Positions 18,800 to 28,121 of a stretch of 64,000 bases of DNA are shown here, piece by piece. The notes under the pieces were generated by a model that worked only from the letters and a program-made list of their open reading frames with translations, searched no databases and had not been told where the DNA came from. This DNA is from a candidate division FCPU426 bacterium (GTDB lineage Bacteria; Oederibacteriota; Muellerivitia; Muellerivitales; Muellerivitaceae), in NCBI GenBank assembly GCA_963719085.1, contig CAVRAL010000001.1:1344001-1408000 (forward strand), given 5' to 3'. The translations under genes were made by a program, and so were the position numbers. Position 1 is the first letter of the stretch. Each line of letters begins with the position of its first letter.

Positions 18800-18927
18800 A
18801 CCCGGCTTCGCCCAAAACGGGCTTCGCCGGGTTATCCTTTGCCCCTGATCAAAATCCGGCGTAGCTCCTCGTGTGATCCTCGGTTTCTCATTGTATCAAG
18901 ACGAAGCCGGATAAAAAAACCAGGGGC
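18800..18927. repeat. Bipartite hairpin element, family 3
   Basis: ACCCGGCTTCG...CTTCGCCGGGT then GCCCCTG..ATCCGGCGTAGC...CGAAGCCGGAT..CAGGGGC; same layout at 38241-38353. Confidence 0.65.
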
Positions 18928-18959
18928 TTGGGTTCCAATCCCTAGGAGCGTTGAAAGAG

Positions 18960-19343
18960 TTAAACGAAAAAATGGCCCGTTGTTTCGTAGGCGTTTTCAT
19001 AATGACGGATTTTTAAGCGCCCGAACAGCCCTTTATCCGGGCCCAGGGTAATAATGTCAAAACGGCAGGATTGGGCCGAAAGCCCTTCCTTCGCCAAATA
19101 AGCCGCGGCGGCCGCTGAGACGCGTTGAACCTTCCGGGGCGAAACCGCCTCCAGGGGGCTCCCCGCGAAACTACCCCGGCGCATCTTGACCTCGACAAAC
19201 ACCAGCCAATCGCCCTTGGCCACGATCAAATCAATCTCACCCGAAGGGACCCGGTAGTTTTGGGCCACCACCCGGTAACCCCGCCGTTTGAAAAAAGACG
19301 CCGCGCGCGCCTCGCCTTGCCGCCCCTCCGAATGGCTGGTCAA
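18960..19343 (-). CDS. yraN: YraN family putative endonuclease (UPF0102)
   Basis: G..GE..A, NYRVPSGEIDLI, LVFVEVK, CRFDII; follows rnhB as is common. Confidence 0.93.
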   Translation of the reverse strand: MTSHSEGRQGEARAASFFKRRGYRVVAQNYRVPSGEIDLIVAKGDWLVFVEVKMRRGSFAGSPLEAVSPRKVQRVSAAAAAYLAKEGLSAQSCRFDIITLGPDKGLFGRLKIRHYENAYETTGHFFV

Positions 19344-20314
19344 AGCGCGCCGCCCCAGACCGCCATTTTCACCCGGTAATCCTCGCGCAACTCCTCCAAA
19401 CCTTTGGCGTTCAATCCCGGTGTTCCCAGCCGTTTAATTTGATGTCCCACCTGTTTGAGTTCCGCCGCGTTTTGGGTTTGATGGATGCGGCCCTTCCAAT
19501 AAGCCACGGGTCCGCCTCCCCATTGGGCCAGAAGCGCCTGCACCACGGGCCCAAAGGAAACCCGGTGCTCGGGACAAGGCCCCTTTTCCCGCAGGGCTTT
19601 TAAATGCTCCTCCGTGCCGTAACCCTTATGGGCCATAAATCCATAGCCCGGATACCGCTGGTCCAAGTCCTCCATTTCATGGTCGCGCGTCACCTTGGCG
19701 ATGATGGAGGCCGCCGCGATGCTGGCGGACAAAGCGTCCCCGTGAATGAGGGGCTTTTGGGGAATGGACGAAAGCGCGGGCAAGGGCATGGCGTCGGTTA
19801 AAAGGAAATCAGGCAAGGGCGAGAGGACCCGGACCGCCCGTTCCATGGCCGTCTGGGTGGCTTTATAGATGTTCAGCTCGTCAATTTCCCGCGCGCTGGC
19901 CCGGCCCACGCCGACTGCGAGGGCGGAGCGGTTGATCTCCACGAACAACTTTTCCCGTTTTTCAGGGGTCAGTTTTTTGGAGTCATTGAGCCCGGCGCAG
20001 GACCAGCCCTCCGGCAAAAGGACCGCCGCCGTCACCACCGCGCCCACCAAGGGCCCCCGGCCCGCCTCATCAATCCCCGCCACCCGTTTGGCGCCGGCGG
20101 CCAAGGCTTCCCGCTCATGGATCCAAAGGGCCGCGACGCGCGTTTGTTCTTTCTCGTGGGCCCGTAAAAGCTTTTCATATTTTTCGATGAGCTTGCGGGC
20201 TCCCGCGCGCTTGTCCGCGCCAAGGGCTTCTCGCAGCGCGGATAAGGCCTCCCGGGGGGAGCGGCCCTCGGAGGCGGACATTTCTACTTCAGATAGTGAT
20301 TTTTCTTCGGACAT
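19340..20314 (-). CDS. rnhB: Ribonuclease HII with N- and C-terminal extensions
   Basis: AGIDEAGRGPLVG, LNDSKKL, SIAAASIIAKVTRD, HKGYGT..H. Confidence 0.96.
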   Translation of the reverse strand: MSEEKSLSEVEMSASEGRSPREALSALREALGADKRAGARKLIEKYEKLLRAHEKEQTRVAALWIHEREALAAGAKRVAGIDEAGRGPLVGAVVTAAVLLPEGWSCAGLNDSKKLTPEKREKLFVEINRSALAVGVGRASAREIDELNIYKATQTAMERAVRVLSPLPDFLLTDAMPLPALSSIPQKPLIHGDALSASIAAASIIAKVTRDHEMEDLDQRYPGYGFMAHKGYGTEEHLKALREKGPCPEHRVSFGPVVQALLAQWGGGPVAYWKGRIHQTQNAAELKQVGHQIKRLGTPGLNAKGLEELREDYRVKMAVWGGAL

Positions 20315-20356
20315 GGGCCCTCTTTAAGGGATTCAAAACCTTTAACAAAAACCATT

Positions 20357-20434
20357 TTTACCAACCAGTTCACCAAGTGAAACAAAACCAAAAAATCTTT
20401 GATTTTATTTTTTCTTGGTAGCCTTGGCGGTAAA
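20357..20434. repeat. Palindromic intergenic element, family 1-like (degenerate)
   Basis: TTTACCAACCAGTTCACCAAG ... CTTGGTAGCCTTGGCGGTAAA around an AT-rich spacer. Confidence 0.55.
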
Positions 20435-20452
20435 CGCGGCTTCAGTTCTCGC

Positions 20453-22054
20453 CTAGGGATTCGATCCGGGAGTGGGCGTCGGTGAGGCGTTGGCTGTCGA
20501 ACCAGGCACGGCCGTCAGGACAGGCGTGGGCGTTGATTTTACGGAAGGCGCCAACAGCAAGGTGACCGGCGCGGCGTCGGCCACATCCTGATCCTGGGAT
20601 TTCAAAGCCGCGTTAAAGATAGGGGACTTTTTCGGGTCCCAGTCCTTGGGAACCTCAAATTGAAGCGTCAGTGTTTTAATTTCCGAGGAGGCCACCGTGC
20701 CCAAATCCCAATCGACTTTATCCCCATTTAATTTCCAACCCGTGGTGAGGGCGGTCGGCGCCGAGGGAGCCAAGGTCGTGCCCGCCTGGCCGGCGGCCGG
20801 CGCGGGCGTCGGCGTGGCGGTAACGGTCGGCGAAGGCGTTGGCGCCGTCACACCGGCGGTCGCCGAAACCGTGGGAACCAGTGTCAGAGACTTATCCTCG
20901 TAAGGCTTAAAGTTTTTGGGCAGCGACAACTCAAAGGTGACCGCCGGCGACACCAATAAACTTTGGTTCAAGATTGTGTAAGTCAGGGTCCAAAGCTTGG
21001 TGGCTTTGGCCGGCTTGGCCAACTCCCCTTTAAATAAGAATGAAAATTTGGGGGATTCGCCTTTGGATTGGAACTTGAAAATGGCCCCCGCTTGGCCCAC
21101 GGCGAAACCCGTGTCACCGGAGAAGGACAGCGCATTTAAGGAGGGCTTGCTGTCGGGCTTGGGATGGGGGATCCAACGCGAGCCGTCATAATAAAGGATG
21201 GTTCCATTCTGCCCCACCGCCCAGCCGTCGCTGTCATTACGCATATAAACTTGATAAATGTCGAAGCCCGAAAAAGCCGTTCCCAGGCCGGCCCAAGTGG
21301 TCCCATTGAACCGAAGGATCGTTCCATAGGCTCCCACGATCCAGGCTTGCAGATTATCGATGGTGGAGACCGCGTTGAGCCTTTCGGTGGTCGGCGGGGC
21401 CGGGAAAGGCTTCCAGGTTTGGCCGTCAAACTTGAGGATAACCCCCTGGTTTCCCACCGCCCAGCCGTTGTTGGTGTCGGATAAATTCACGTCGTTCAAA
21501 TCGCCCGTCACCGGCGGATCGAGTTTGCTCAGGTCGATCGCGCTCCAGGAAACGCCGTTGAAATTAATCAGGGTGCCGTTGGCGCCCACGGCCCAAGCGG
21601 TTCGATTGGGATTGACCGAGATGCCGTATAAGTTTTGCTGGGTGGGCGAGGGGAAAAGGCTCCAGACGCCGCCTTTGTAACAGAGGATCAATCCATGGGT
21701 GCCCACGATCCAGCCGTTATTCTCGTCGGAAAACCCCATCGCCATAAAATTTTCGGTTTGGGCCAGGTTCAGGGGAAATCTTGACCAGGTATCGCCGTCA
21801 TATTTGAGGATGGTTCCGTTATTGCCGCAGATCCAGCCCGACTTGTTTGAAACCATGTCGATGGCGTTCAAGCTGTCGGTCAAGGTAAAGGTCACCGGAA
21901 AGGAGGTCCAATAAATGACGCTGGACTCGGGAGCGATCGCCCCGTTGGATTGGGTGGCGTTCTGGGGGGTCAGGGGATTTACGGCTCCGCTGCCGGTACA
22001 ACCGGTGGCATTGAGCGCCAAGAACCCTAAAAGCAAGAGAAGTAAAAAAGGCAT
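20453..22054 (-). CDS. Putative lipoprotein with YCF48/BNR-like beta-propeller repeats and Thr/Pro-rich segments
   Basis: Hydrophobic N-terminus with ATGC lipobox-like Cys; repeated GWAVG..G.IL.(Y/F)DG..W units. Confidence 0.8.
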   Translation of the reverse strand: MPFLLLLLLGFLALNATGCTGSGAVNPLTPQNATQSNGAIAPESSVIYWTSFPVTFTLTDSLNAIDMVSNKSGWICGNNGTILKYDGDTWSRFPLNLAQTENFMAMGFSDENNGWIVGTHGLILCYKGGVWSLFPSPTQQNLYGISVNPNRTAWAVGANGTLINFNGVSWSAIDLSKLDPPVTGDLNDVNLSDTNNGWAVGNQGVILKFDGQTWKPFPAPPTTERLNAVSTIDNLQAWIVGAYGTILRFNGTTWAGLGTAFSGFDIYQVYMRNDSDGWAVGQNGTILYYDGSRWIPHPKPDSKPSLNALSFSGDTGFAVGQAGAIFKFQSKGESPKFSFLFKGELAKPAKATKLWTLTYTILNQSLLVSPAVTFELSLPKNFKPYEDKSLTLVPTVSATAGVTAPTPSPTVTATPTPAPAAGQAGTTLAPSAPTALTTGWKLNGDKVDWDLGTVASSEIKTLTLQFEVPKDWDPKKSPIFNAALKSQDQDVADAAPVTLLLAPSVKSTPTPVLTAVPGSTANASPTPTPGSNP

Positions 22055-22230
22055 GGACTTATCCTACCCATGATTTTAAAAGGACGCAAGCGAAGCCCAT
22101 ACAGAAGGGGCGAAGTCCACGGCCAACCATACAGCCGGGGACAAATCCAAATGGCTGGGTTGCGCGGCCGCGAAGACACTTTCAGGGCCACTGGTTAGAC
22201 GAAGGAACGATCCCAAACGGACCCTAAAAC

Positions 22231-22259
22231 AAAAAAGCCGCCCCGAAGGACGGCTTTTT
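22231..22259 (-). terminator. Rho-independent terminator after rplS
   Basis: AAAAAAGCCGCCCCGAAGGACGGCTTTTT hairpin flanked by A/T tracts. Confidence 0.85.
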
Positions 22260-22282
22260 CAAACAAAGTCAGTTGAAAAAAA

Positions 22283-22732
22283 TCAGGCCTTTTCTTGCGA
22301 ACCAGCCTCAGCCGCGGACTCAGCCGGCGCGGGAGCGGCCGCAGGGGCCTCAACCGCCGCGGGAGCCGCCGTCGTTTTCGTCGGCTTCTTGGATTCTTGG
22401 ATGCGGGCGTCCTTCTTGCTGAGCTTGGAGCGCAAGTAGAAGAGCTTGGCGCGGCGGACCTTGCCGGAACGGATTGTCTTCACTTCTTTGAGCATCGGCG
22501 ATTGGTACAGGAAGGTTTTTTCCACGCCCACGCCGTAGGAAACTTTGCGCACGGTGAACCGCATATGGGATCCCGAGCCTTGGATGCCAATGACCAGGCC
22601 CTCGTACAATTGAACGCGTTCTTTCTCGCCTTCCTTGATGCGGATCGACACTTTCACGGTATCGCCCACCCGGAAGGGGACGTCTTTGCGGATAATCTGG
22701 GCATCGTCAATCTTCTTAATAATCGCGTTCAT
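22283..22732 (-). CDS. rplS: 50S ribosomal protein L19
   Basis: FRVGDTVKV, EGEKERVQ.YEG, FTVRKVSYGVGVEK, VRRAKLFYLR; RBS GAAGGAG before ATG at 22732. Confidence 0.97.
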   Translation of the reverse strand: MNAIIKKIDDAQIIRKDVPFRVGDTVKVSIRIKEGEKERVQLYEGLVIGIQGSGSHMRFTVRKVSYGVGVEKTFLYQSPMLKEVKTIRSGKVRRAKLFYLRSKLSKKDARIQESKKPTKTTAAPAAVEAPAAAPAPAESAAEAGSQEKA

Positions 22733-22770
22733 CTTTTTCTCCTTCAGTTTCACCCCGGTGAGGGGGTCCT

Positions 22771-23514
22771 TCATTTTTTGGGGGGCGGGTTTTCCTTTTG
22801 GATTTCCCGGATCAGTTCCCGATCCCCTTCACTTAACACCACTCGATTCAGCAAATCGGGGCGTTTCAACAGCGTGTTCCTGAGCGATTCTTTTCGACGC
22901 CATCGCTCGATATTTTTGTGGTTTCCCGAGAGCAAAACCTCGGGCACCTTCAAACCTTTAAAAACGTGGGGTCGAGTATAATGCGGATAGTCCAATAATC
23001 CATTAAAAAAACTGTCTTTTTCGACCGATTCCCGGTCCCCCACAACCCCTGGGAGAAACCGCGCCAGGGCATCCACCAGAACCGCCGCCGCCGGTTCCCC
23101 GCCCGTTAAAACAAAGTCCCCGAGGCTTATTTCCTCGTCCACCAGGCCCATCACCCGCTCGTCCAGGCCCTCATAATGCCCGCACACCAACAGCAGGGAC
23201 TTTTCCTTCACCAACTCCATCACCAACCCGTGGGTGAGGGGCCTGCCCTGGGGCGAGAGCAGGATCACCTTTACTTTTTTCCGGCCCTTTTTCAACCGTT
23301 GAATGCCCTTCATCAAGGGCTCGGGCTTCATCACCATGCCGGCGCCGCCGCCATAAGGCACATCGTCGGCGGTCTTTCGTTTGCCCTCGGCGAAGTCCCG
23401 CAGGTAAGTCACCCGAAGGTCCAAGGCTTTCTTTTCGACCGCCCGCTTCACCATGCTCACCGTGAAGGGGCCCTGAAAATATTCCGGAAACAACGTCAGA
23501 ATATCAATCCGCAT
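22771..23514 (-). CDS. trmD: tRNA (guanine-N1)-methyltransferase TrmD
   Basis: MRIDILTLFPE, DDVPYGGGAGMVMK, CGHYEGLDERV, SLGDFVLTGGE, LLSGNH. Confidence 0.97.
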   Translation of the reverse strand: MRIDILTLFPEYFQGPFTVSMVKRAVEKKALDLRVTYLRDFAEGKRKTADDVPYGGGAGMVMKPEPLMKGIQRLKKGRKKVKVILLSPQGRPLTHGLVMELVKEKSLLLVCGHYEGLDERVMGLVDEEISLGDFVLTGGEPAAAVLVDALARFLPGVVGDRESVEKDSFFNGLLDYPHYTRPHVFKGLKVPEVLLSGNHKNIERWRRKESLRNTLLKRPDLLNRVVLSEGDRELIREIQKENPPPKK

Positions 23515-24067
23515 TGTCCCCATCAATTTCCCCCGGCATCACCACCACCATGCGTTTGGTTTTGAAGTCCACCCGTTGAATGACGGACTTCAAAGCCGGA
23601 ATCAAGGTTTCCTTTTCGCCGTCCCGCGCCACGCAGACCCAATTGGCCGGTGTTTCCAAAATATCGACGATGACTCCCAAGGAAAGCCCTTCGGCCGTCT
23701 CCACCTTTAGACCGTTCAAGTCATGCAAGTAATAGGAATCCTCGGGCAATTCTTCCTCGGAACCCGCCGGCACGCAAAGCTGGGCGCCCCGCAAACCTTC
23801 GGCCGCCTCGACGCCGGCCACTTCTTTTAAAAGCAGGACCGCGTCCCCGTCGTTATGCAGGAACCCTTTGACCACCGAGACCTTCTTCACTTCCAAACCC
23901 TTCACGACCAGCCGCAAATCCCGGCAAGCCGCCAAACGTTCCAGGCCCGAACAGCTCAAGGAAACCTTGACCTGGCCTTTGAGGCCATGGGGACGCACGA
24001 TGGTGCCCAGGACCACGAAATCCGCGTTGGAGTTTTCGGAGTGGAGTGAAGCTGAGTTATTCAACAA
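23504..24067 (-). CDS. rimM: Ribosome maturation factor RimM
   Basis: LGTIVRPHGLKGQVKV, YYLHDL.GL.V, LIPAL; position in rpsP-trmD operon. Confidence 0.92.
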   Translation of the reverse strand: MLNNSASLHSENSNADFVVLGTIVRPHGLKGQVKVSLSCSGLERLAACRDLRLVVKGLEVKKVSVVKGFLHNDGDAVLLLKEVAGVEAAEGLRGAQLCVPAGSEEELPEDSYYLHDLNGLKVETAEGLSLGVIVDILETPANWVCVARDGEKETLIPALKSVIQRVDFKTKRMVVVMPGEIDGDNAD

Positions 24068-24287
24068 CTTCGAGGGAATACTTCGAACCGTTCTTGGCGC
24101 AGGAAGCCGCGATCAAGGTACGGATGGCTTTAATCGTGCGGCCCTGCTTGCCGATCACTTTTCCATAATCTTCTTTGGAAACGCGTAATTCCAAGACCGT
24201 CAAATTCCCTTCCATGCGTTCTTGAAGGGCGACGTTCTCGGGCTTATCCACCAAAGACTTGGCGACGAACTCAATTAATTCTTTCAT
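24057..24287 (-). CDS. khpA: KH domain RNA-binding protein KhpA
   Basis: MKELIEFVAKSLVDKP, DYGKVIGKQGRTIKAIRT. Confidence 0.93.
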   Translation of the reverse strand: MKELIEFVAKSLVDKPENVALQERMEGNLTVLELRVSKEDYGKVIGKQGRTIKAIRTLIAASCAKNGSKYSLEVVE

Positions 24288-24317
24288 GACAACCTTCTAT
24301 TAAACGAAGTGGCCGGC

Positions 24318-24566
24318 TTAAATCTTGACGCCGGCTTTTTTAAGAATCCCGCTGACGGTTTCCGACGGAATCGCGCCCTTCTTGACCCAAGACTGAATGG
24401 CTTCTTGGTTCAAGTTCAACACGTGATTGTCGACCGAACGGGGGTTATAGGTGCCCAAATCCTCAACTCGACGGCCTTTTCCCGGAAAACGGGAATCGAC
24501 GACGATCAGGCGGAAATAAGGCTTCTTCTTGCTTCCCATACGCTTTAAACGAATCTTGACAGACAC
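24318..24566 (-). CDS. rpsP: 30S ribosomal protein S16
   Basis: VKIRLKRMGSKKKPYFRLIVVDSR, LGTYNP, GAIPSETV. Confidence 0.97.
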   Translation of the reverse strand: MSVKIRLKRMGSKKKPYFRLIVVDSRFPGKGRRVEDLGTYNPRSVDNHVLNLNQEAIQSWVKKGAIPSETVSGILKKAGVKI

Positions 24567-24609
24567 AAGTCCTCCTCAAAACAGGGCAAAAGAATGTGAA
24601 AGAGGAAGG

Positions 24610-24638
24610 ATTCTAAAAACCTACCCCCGGTTTGTCAA
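24610..24638 (-). promoter_or_regulatory. Sigma70-type promoter of the rpsP operon
   Basis: Minus strand TTGACA-17 bp-TAGAAT. Confidence 0.8.
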
Positions 24639-24726
24639 GGAAATAGCCCCTCAAAGGGCCTCCGGGGCAAGCCCATATGGCTCCGGTGCCTCCCTAAACG
24701 GCTTTATCGCCCCATCGGCTCAAGTT

Positions 24727-26391
24727 TCATTGTTTGAATCTGGCTTGAAGCCGCTTGGCGGCCAACGAAACGACGCTTTCCCAATCCCCCAATATTGGCT
24801 GCCTTAAAAGCTCGGCGGCGGGGTACCAGGGGCAATCCGCGCGGTTGAGGAACCAACGGTAGTCCGGCGCGAAAGGGACTAAAACCCAGAGGGGCTTTCC
24901 CAAGGCGCCCGCCAAATGGGCGGCCGAGGAGTCCACGGAAACAACCCCATCCAACTGGGCGACCAGCGCGGCCGTATCCGAAAAATCGCCCAAGGCATCC
25001 CGATGATCCTGAATCCGCTTGGACGCGTTCAACCATTCCTGGTCCACCGCGCGCAGTTCTTTTTGCAAGGAGTGGAACTCATAAGGCAGATCGAAAAGCG
25101 GGGCCAATGTTTTTAAGGGAACGCTCCGATTATGGTCATTGCTATGTTCCGGCCTTCCCGACCAGGCCAATCCAATCCGCGGTTTTCTTTTCGGCCCCAG
25201 TGCTTGACCCCAAGCGTCCACCTTAGATGGGTCCGCGGTTAGGTAGGGAACCTCCGCCGGAATCGCCGCCAAGGTCGTCTTAAAAGCCAAGGGCAAACTG
25301 ATAAGCGGACATTGCAGGTCAAACGGAGGCAGATCAACTCCCGCATCCACGACTCGAGCCTTAGTCTTCAAGGTTCTGAGCAATGGCACCAGGGGCCTGG
25401 GCGCCTCAAAAATAACCCGGGCTCCCAGCTTTTCCACCATCGGCACGTAGCGGGCATACTGCATAATGTCCCCCAGGCCCTGCTCCGCCCAAATCAGGAT
25501 GGTTTTTCCCGCCAGGGGCGGGCCCCCCAGCCAAAGCGGCTGGGAAAAATTCCGGGCTTCCTTTTTCATCGCGCTTTTCCAACGCCATTCGTAAAGCTTC
25601 CAGCCCTCCTCAAACTCACCCTGCAAAAGCCGGGCCTGGGACTTATTCCAATAAGCGAAAGCAAAATCGGATTTGAGCGCGATGGCCTTGTCGTAATTCT
25701 CCACCGCTTCCGGCAGGCGCCCCAATTCCTGCAAAGCGATTCCCCGGTTGTTCCAGGAATCCGCGTGATCGGGTTTGAGTGAAATCGCCCGGTCATAATC
25801 CGCCAAGGCCTCTCGCGGCCGCGCCAAAAACCGAAAGGCGTTTCCCCGGTTGTTGAAACCCTCCGGATCGGCCGGCCGAAGCGAAACCGTTTGGTTGAAG
25901 TTGTCCAGGGCTTTCAGGGGTTGGCGCGCGCGAAGATAAAGCGCGCCTTGGTTGTTGAGGGCTTCCACTTGATGGGGGTTCAGCCGCAAGGCCGATTCAT
26001 AGCTTTCCACCGCTTCTTCCAGCCGTCCCAAATCCCGGAGCGTGTTTCCCCGGTTGAAATAAAGCCAAGCTTCCGGCTTGAGGGCGATGGCCCGGTCGTA
26101 ACTCTCCAGGGATTCCTGAAGCCGGCCCAAGCCTTCCAAAGCCTGGGCCCTCCCGGTCAGGGCCGGGAGAAAATCCGTCCGCGAGGCCAGGGCCCGTTCA
26201 AATCCTTGAAGCGCCTGGTCGAAATGCTTCTGTTCGAGATGGAGGGCGGCCAGGTGGACGAGAAGCGGAAGACTATCGGGAAAATCTTTCAGCAGTCCCT
26301 GAAGCCCTCGCGCGGCTTCGGAAAGTTCGCCGGAGCGGTGAAACGCGATGACCTTTTGGAGCCGGGGGTCGGAAGGGTCGAGCTTCATCAA
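24727..26391 (-). CDS. TPR-repeat glycosyltransferase (GT9-like C-terminal domain)
   Basis: Multiple TPRs (YDRAIALKP), then GWKLYEWRW, EQGLGD.MQ..RY, IGLAWSG, DFSDTAAL, VDSSAAHLAGALG. Confidence 0.9.
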   Translation of the reverse strand: MMKLDPSDPRLQKVIAFHRSGELSEAARGLQGLLKDFPDSLPLLVHLAALHLEQKHFDQALQGFERALASRTDFLPALTGRAQALEGLGRLQESLESYDRAIALKPEAWLYFNRGNTLRDLGRLEEAVESYESALRLNPHQVEALNNQGALYLRARQPLKALDNFNQTVSLRPADPEGFNNRGNAFRFLARPREALADYDRAISLKPDHADSWNNRGIALQELGRLPEAVENYDKAIALKSDFAFAYWNKSQARLLQGEFEEGWKLYEWRWKSAMKKEARNFSQPLWLGGPPLAGKTILIWAEQGLGDIMQYARYVPMVEKLGARVIFEAPRPLVPLLRTLKTKARVVDAGVDLPPFDLQCPLISLPLAFKTTLAAIPAEVPYLTADPSKVDAWGQALGPKRKPRIGLAWSGRPEHSNDHNRSVPLKTLAPLFDLPYEFHSLQKELRAVDQEWLNASKRIQDHRDALGDFSDTAALVAQLDGVVSVDSSAAHLAGALGKPLWVLVPFAPDYRWFLNRADCPWYPAAELLRQPILGDWESVVSLAAKRLQARFKQ

Positions 26392-26395
26392 AGGA

Positions 26396-26974
26396 TCAAG
26401 ACCCGCTGACCCGGGATTCGATCCGCGTGTCCGGGACCAGCCAGATCAAGGCCACGGCCACGTAAAGCGCCCAGGCGATCCATTCCTGGACAAAAGCCAA
26501 TGGAATGGCGGAAGCGTAAAGCGCCAAGCTCAAGTTGCCTTTGAAATCATTCCCCACCGCCTGAGCGAGCTTGGAATTTTCGCCCTCGGCCTGAATGAGG
26601 GACCTCAAAAGAATCGTGTAGGCGAGGGCGTCCATCAACAGCACTACCCCGTAAAGCGCCGTGGGAACCGGCTCGAAATGGTTTTCCCCCATCCAACCCG
26701 TCACGAAGGGGATGAGCGAAAGCCAGAAAAGCAAGTGGAGGTTCGCCCAAAGCACCCGCCCATTGATGCGGGAAGCCGCGTGGAGCGTGTGGTGGTGGTT
26801 GTTCCAGTAGATGCCCAAAAAGACGAAACTGAGCACATAGGTCAGAAAGACCGGCAGGACCGGTTTCAGGGCACCCAGGTCCGTGCCCGAAGGAATCTTC
26901 AGGTCGAGGACCATGATGGTGATGAGGATGGCGATCACACCGTCGCTAAAAGCTTCCAATCGGGATTTATTCAC
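26396..26974 (-). CDS. TMEM175 family (DUF1211) potassium channel
   Basis: RLEAFSDGVIAILITIMVL, YWNNHHH, LWANLHLLFWLSLIPF; start reassigned to GTG at 26974. Confidence 0.92.
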   Translation of the reverse strand: MNKSRLEAFSDGVIAILITIMVLDLKIPSGTDLGALKPVLPVFLTYVLSFVFLGIYWNNHHHTLHAASRINGRVLWANLHLLFWLSLIPFVTGWMGENHFEPVPTALYGVVLLMDALAYTILLRSLIQAEGENSKLAQAVGNDFKGNLSLALYASAIPLAFVQEWIAWALYVAVALIWLVPDTRIESRVSGS

Positions 26975-27086
26975 AGATAAGGCTCCTAAGGTTTCCAACG
27001 ACGCCATCATCCCAGAAGAAGGCTGGCGGCTCAAGCTTGGACAGGGTCCCAAGACGGCCGCAAGGCATCTCAGGTGGCCTGAACGT

Positions 27087-28121
27087 TCACGATCTCTTTT
27101 GGAATAGGTAATGCGAAACCAACCATTCGTTGCCGCCGTCGTAACCCCACAACTCTGAGCAAGCCATAAAAAAGACCCGCCAATAGGACCAACGCCAAAG
27201 GGCGTTCTGAGGGCCATAGGTTTTGGCGAAGACTTCCAATAGGACGCCTTTATTCCGGTCCATGTTGGCCAGCCACGCCTCACTGGTCTTTTGATAATGG
27301 GTGCCGGAAACCCGCCAATGGTCGATGATCCCTAATTTTTCCTGGAAATAAAGCAGCAGATGGTCCGAGGGCATGATGCCCCCCGTGAAAAAATAGCGGG
27401 ACATCCAGTCATCTTCGCCCTGAGCCTCAAAAAGATAGGCCAGGTCCTTGTGGGTGAAAATATGGACGAAAAGAAGGCCCTTGGGCTTCAGCCAAGACGC
27501 CACTTTCGCCATGAGCTTTTCGTAATTGCGCATATGCTCAAACATCTCAACCGATAGGACCCGGTCGAATTTGCCTTTCAATGCCAGATGGTTGATGTCC
27601 CCTGTCACGATCTCAAGGTTCTTCAAACCCCTTTTTCGGGCCTTATCCAGGATGGTGACGCGCTGGGTCGCCGAATTGGAAACCCCCGTGACTTGGCACC
27701 GGGGATACCGCTCAGCCAAGTAAAGCGAAAGGGCTCCCCAGCCGCATCCCAGATCGAGCAACTTCAAGCCGTCCTTCACCCGGGCCCTTTCGCAGGTCAA
27801 CTTCAGCATGGCTTCCTCGGAATCGTCCAAAGCCGCGACGTCTTCAGGCCAAAAGCCGCAGGAATATTTAAGATGTTTCCCCAAGACCAATTGGTAGAAC
27901 TCGGCGGGAACCTCGTAATGTTGCTCGTTGGCCGCCGGGGTTTCCACGGCGATGGGGCTTTGTCGAAGGGACCGGACCAGTTGGGAAACGCGTTCCTGTT
28001 GTTTTTCCACCGCTTCCCAACGGCCCGCTTCGTCAAGCCTCAAACACAAAAGCCGTCGGATGCCCCAACGAATGAGGAAGTCCGGAAGCAGGTTCTTACG
28101 GATCAGAAAATCGGCTATCAT
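27087..28121 (-). CDS. SAM-dependent methyltransferase, cyclopropane fatty acid synthase/coclaurine N-methyltransferase-like
   Basis: ANEQHYEVP, KYSCGFW, LDLGCGWG, SVEMFEHMRNY, YFFTGGIMPS. Confidence 0.9.
   Translation of the reverse strand: MIADFLIRKNLLPDFLIRWGIRRLLCLRLDEAGRWEAVEKQQERVSQLVRSLRQSPIAVETPAANEQHYEVPAEFYQLVLGKHLKYSCGFWPEDVAALDDSEEAMLKLTCERARVKDGLKLLDLGCGWGALSLYLAERYPRCQVTGVSNSATQRVTILDKARKRGLKNLEIVTGDINHLALKGKFDRVLSVEMFEHMRNYEKLMAKVASWLKPKGLLFVHIFTHKDLAYLFEAQGEDDWMSRYFFTGGIMPSDHLLLYFQEKLGIIDHWRVSGTHYQKTSEAWLANMDRNKGVLLEVFAKTYGPQNALWRWSYWRVFFMACSELWGYDGGNEWLVSHYLFQKRS

Noticed and set aside
18780..18960. 6S, SRP or other known ncRNA
   Set aside because: No recognisable conserved motif; better explained as a repeated hairpin element
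24640..24726. attL/attR direct repeat of the tRNA-Thr 3' end
   Set aside because: Only a very short match (ATATGG); no integrase nearby
26975..27283. N-terminal extension of the TMEM175 ORF given in the track
   Set aside because: Overlaps the upstream methylase; family similarity begins at GTG 26974
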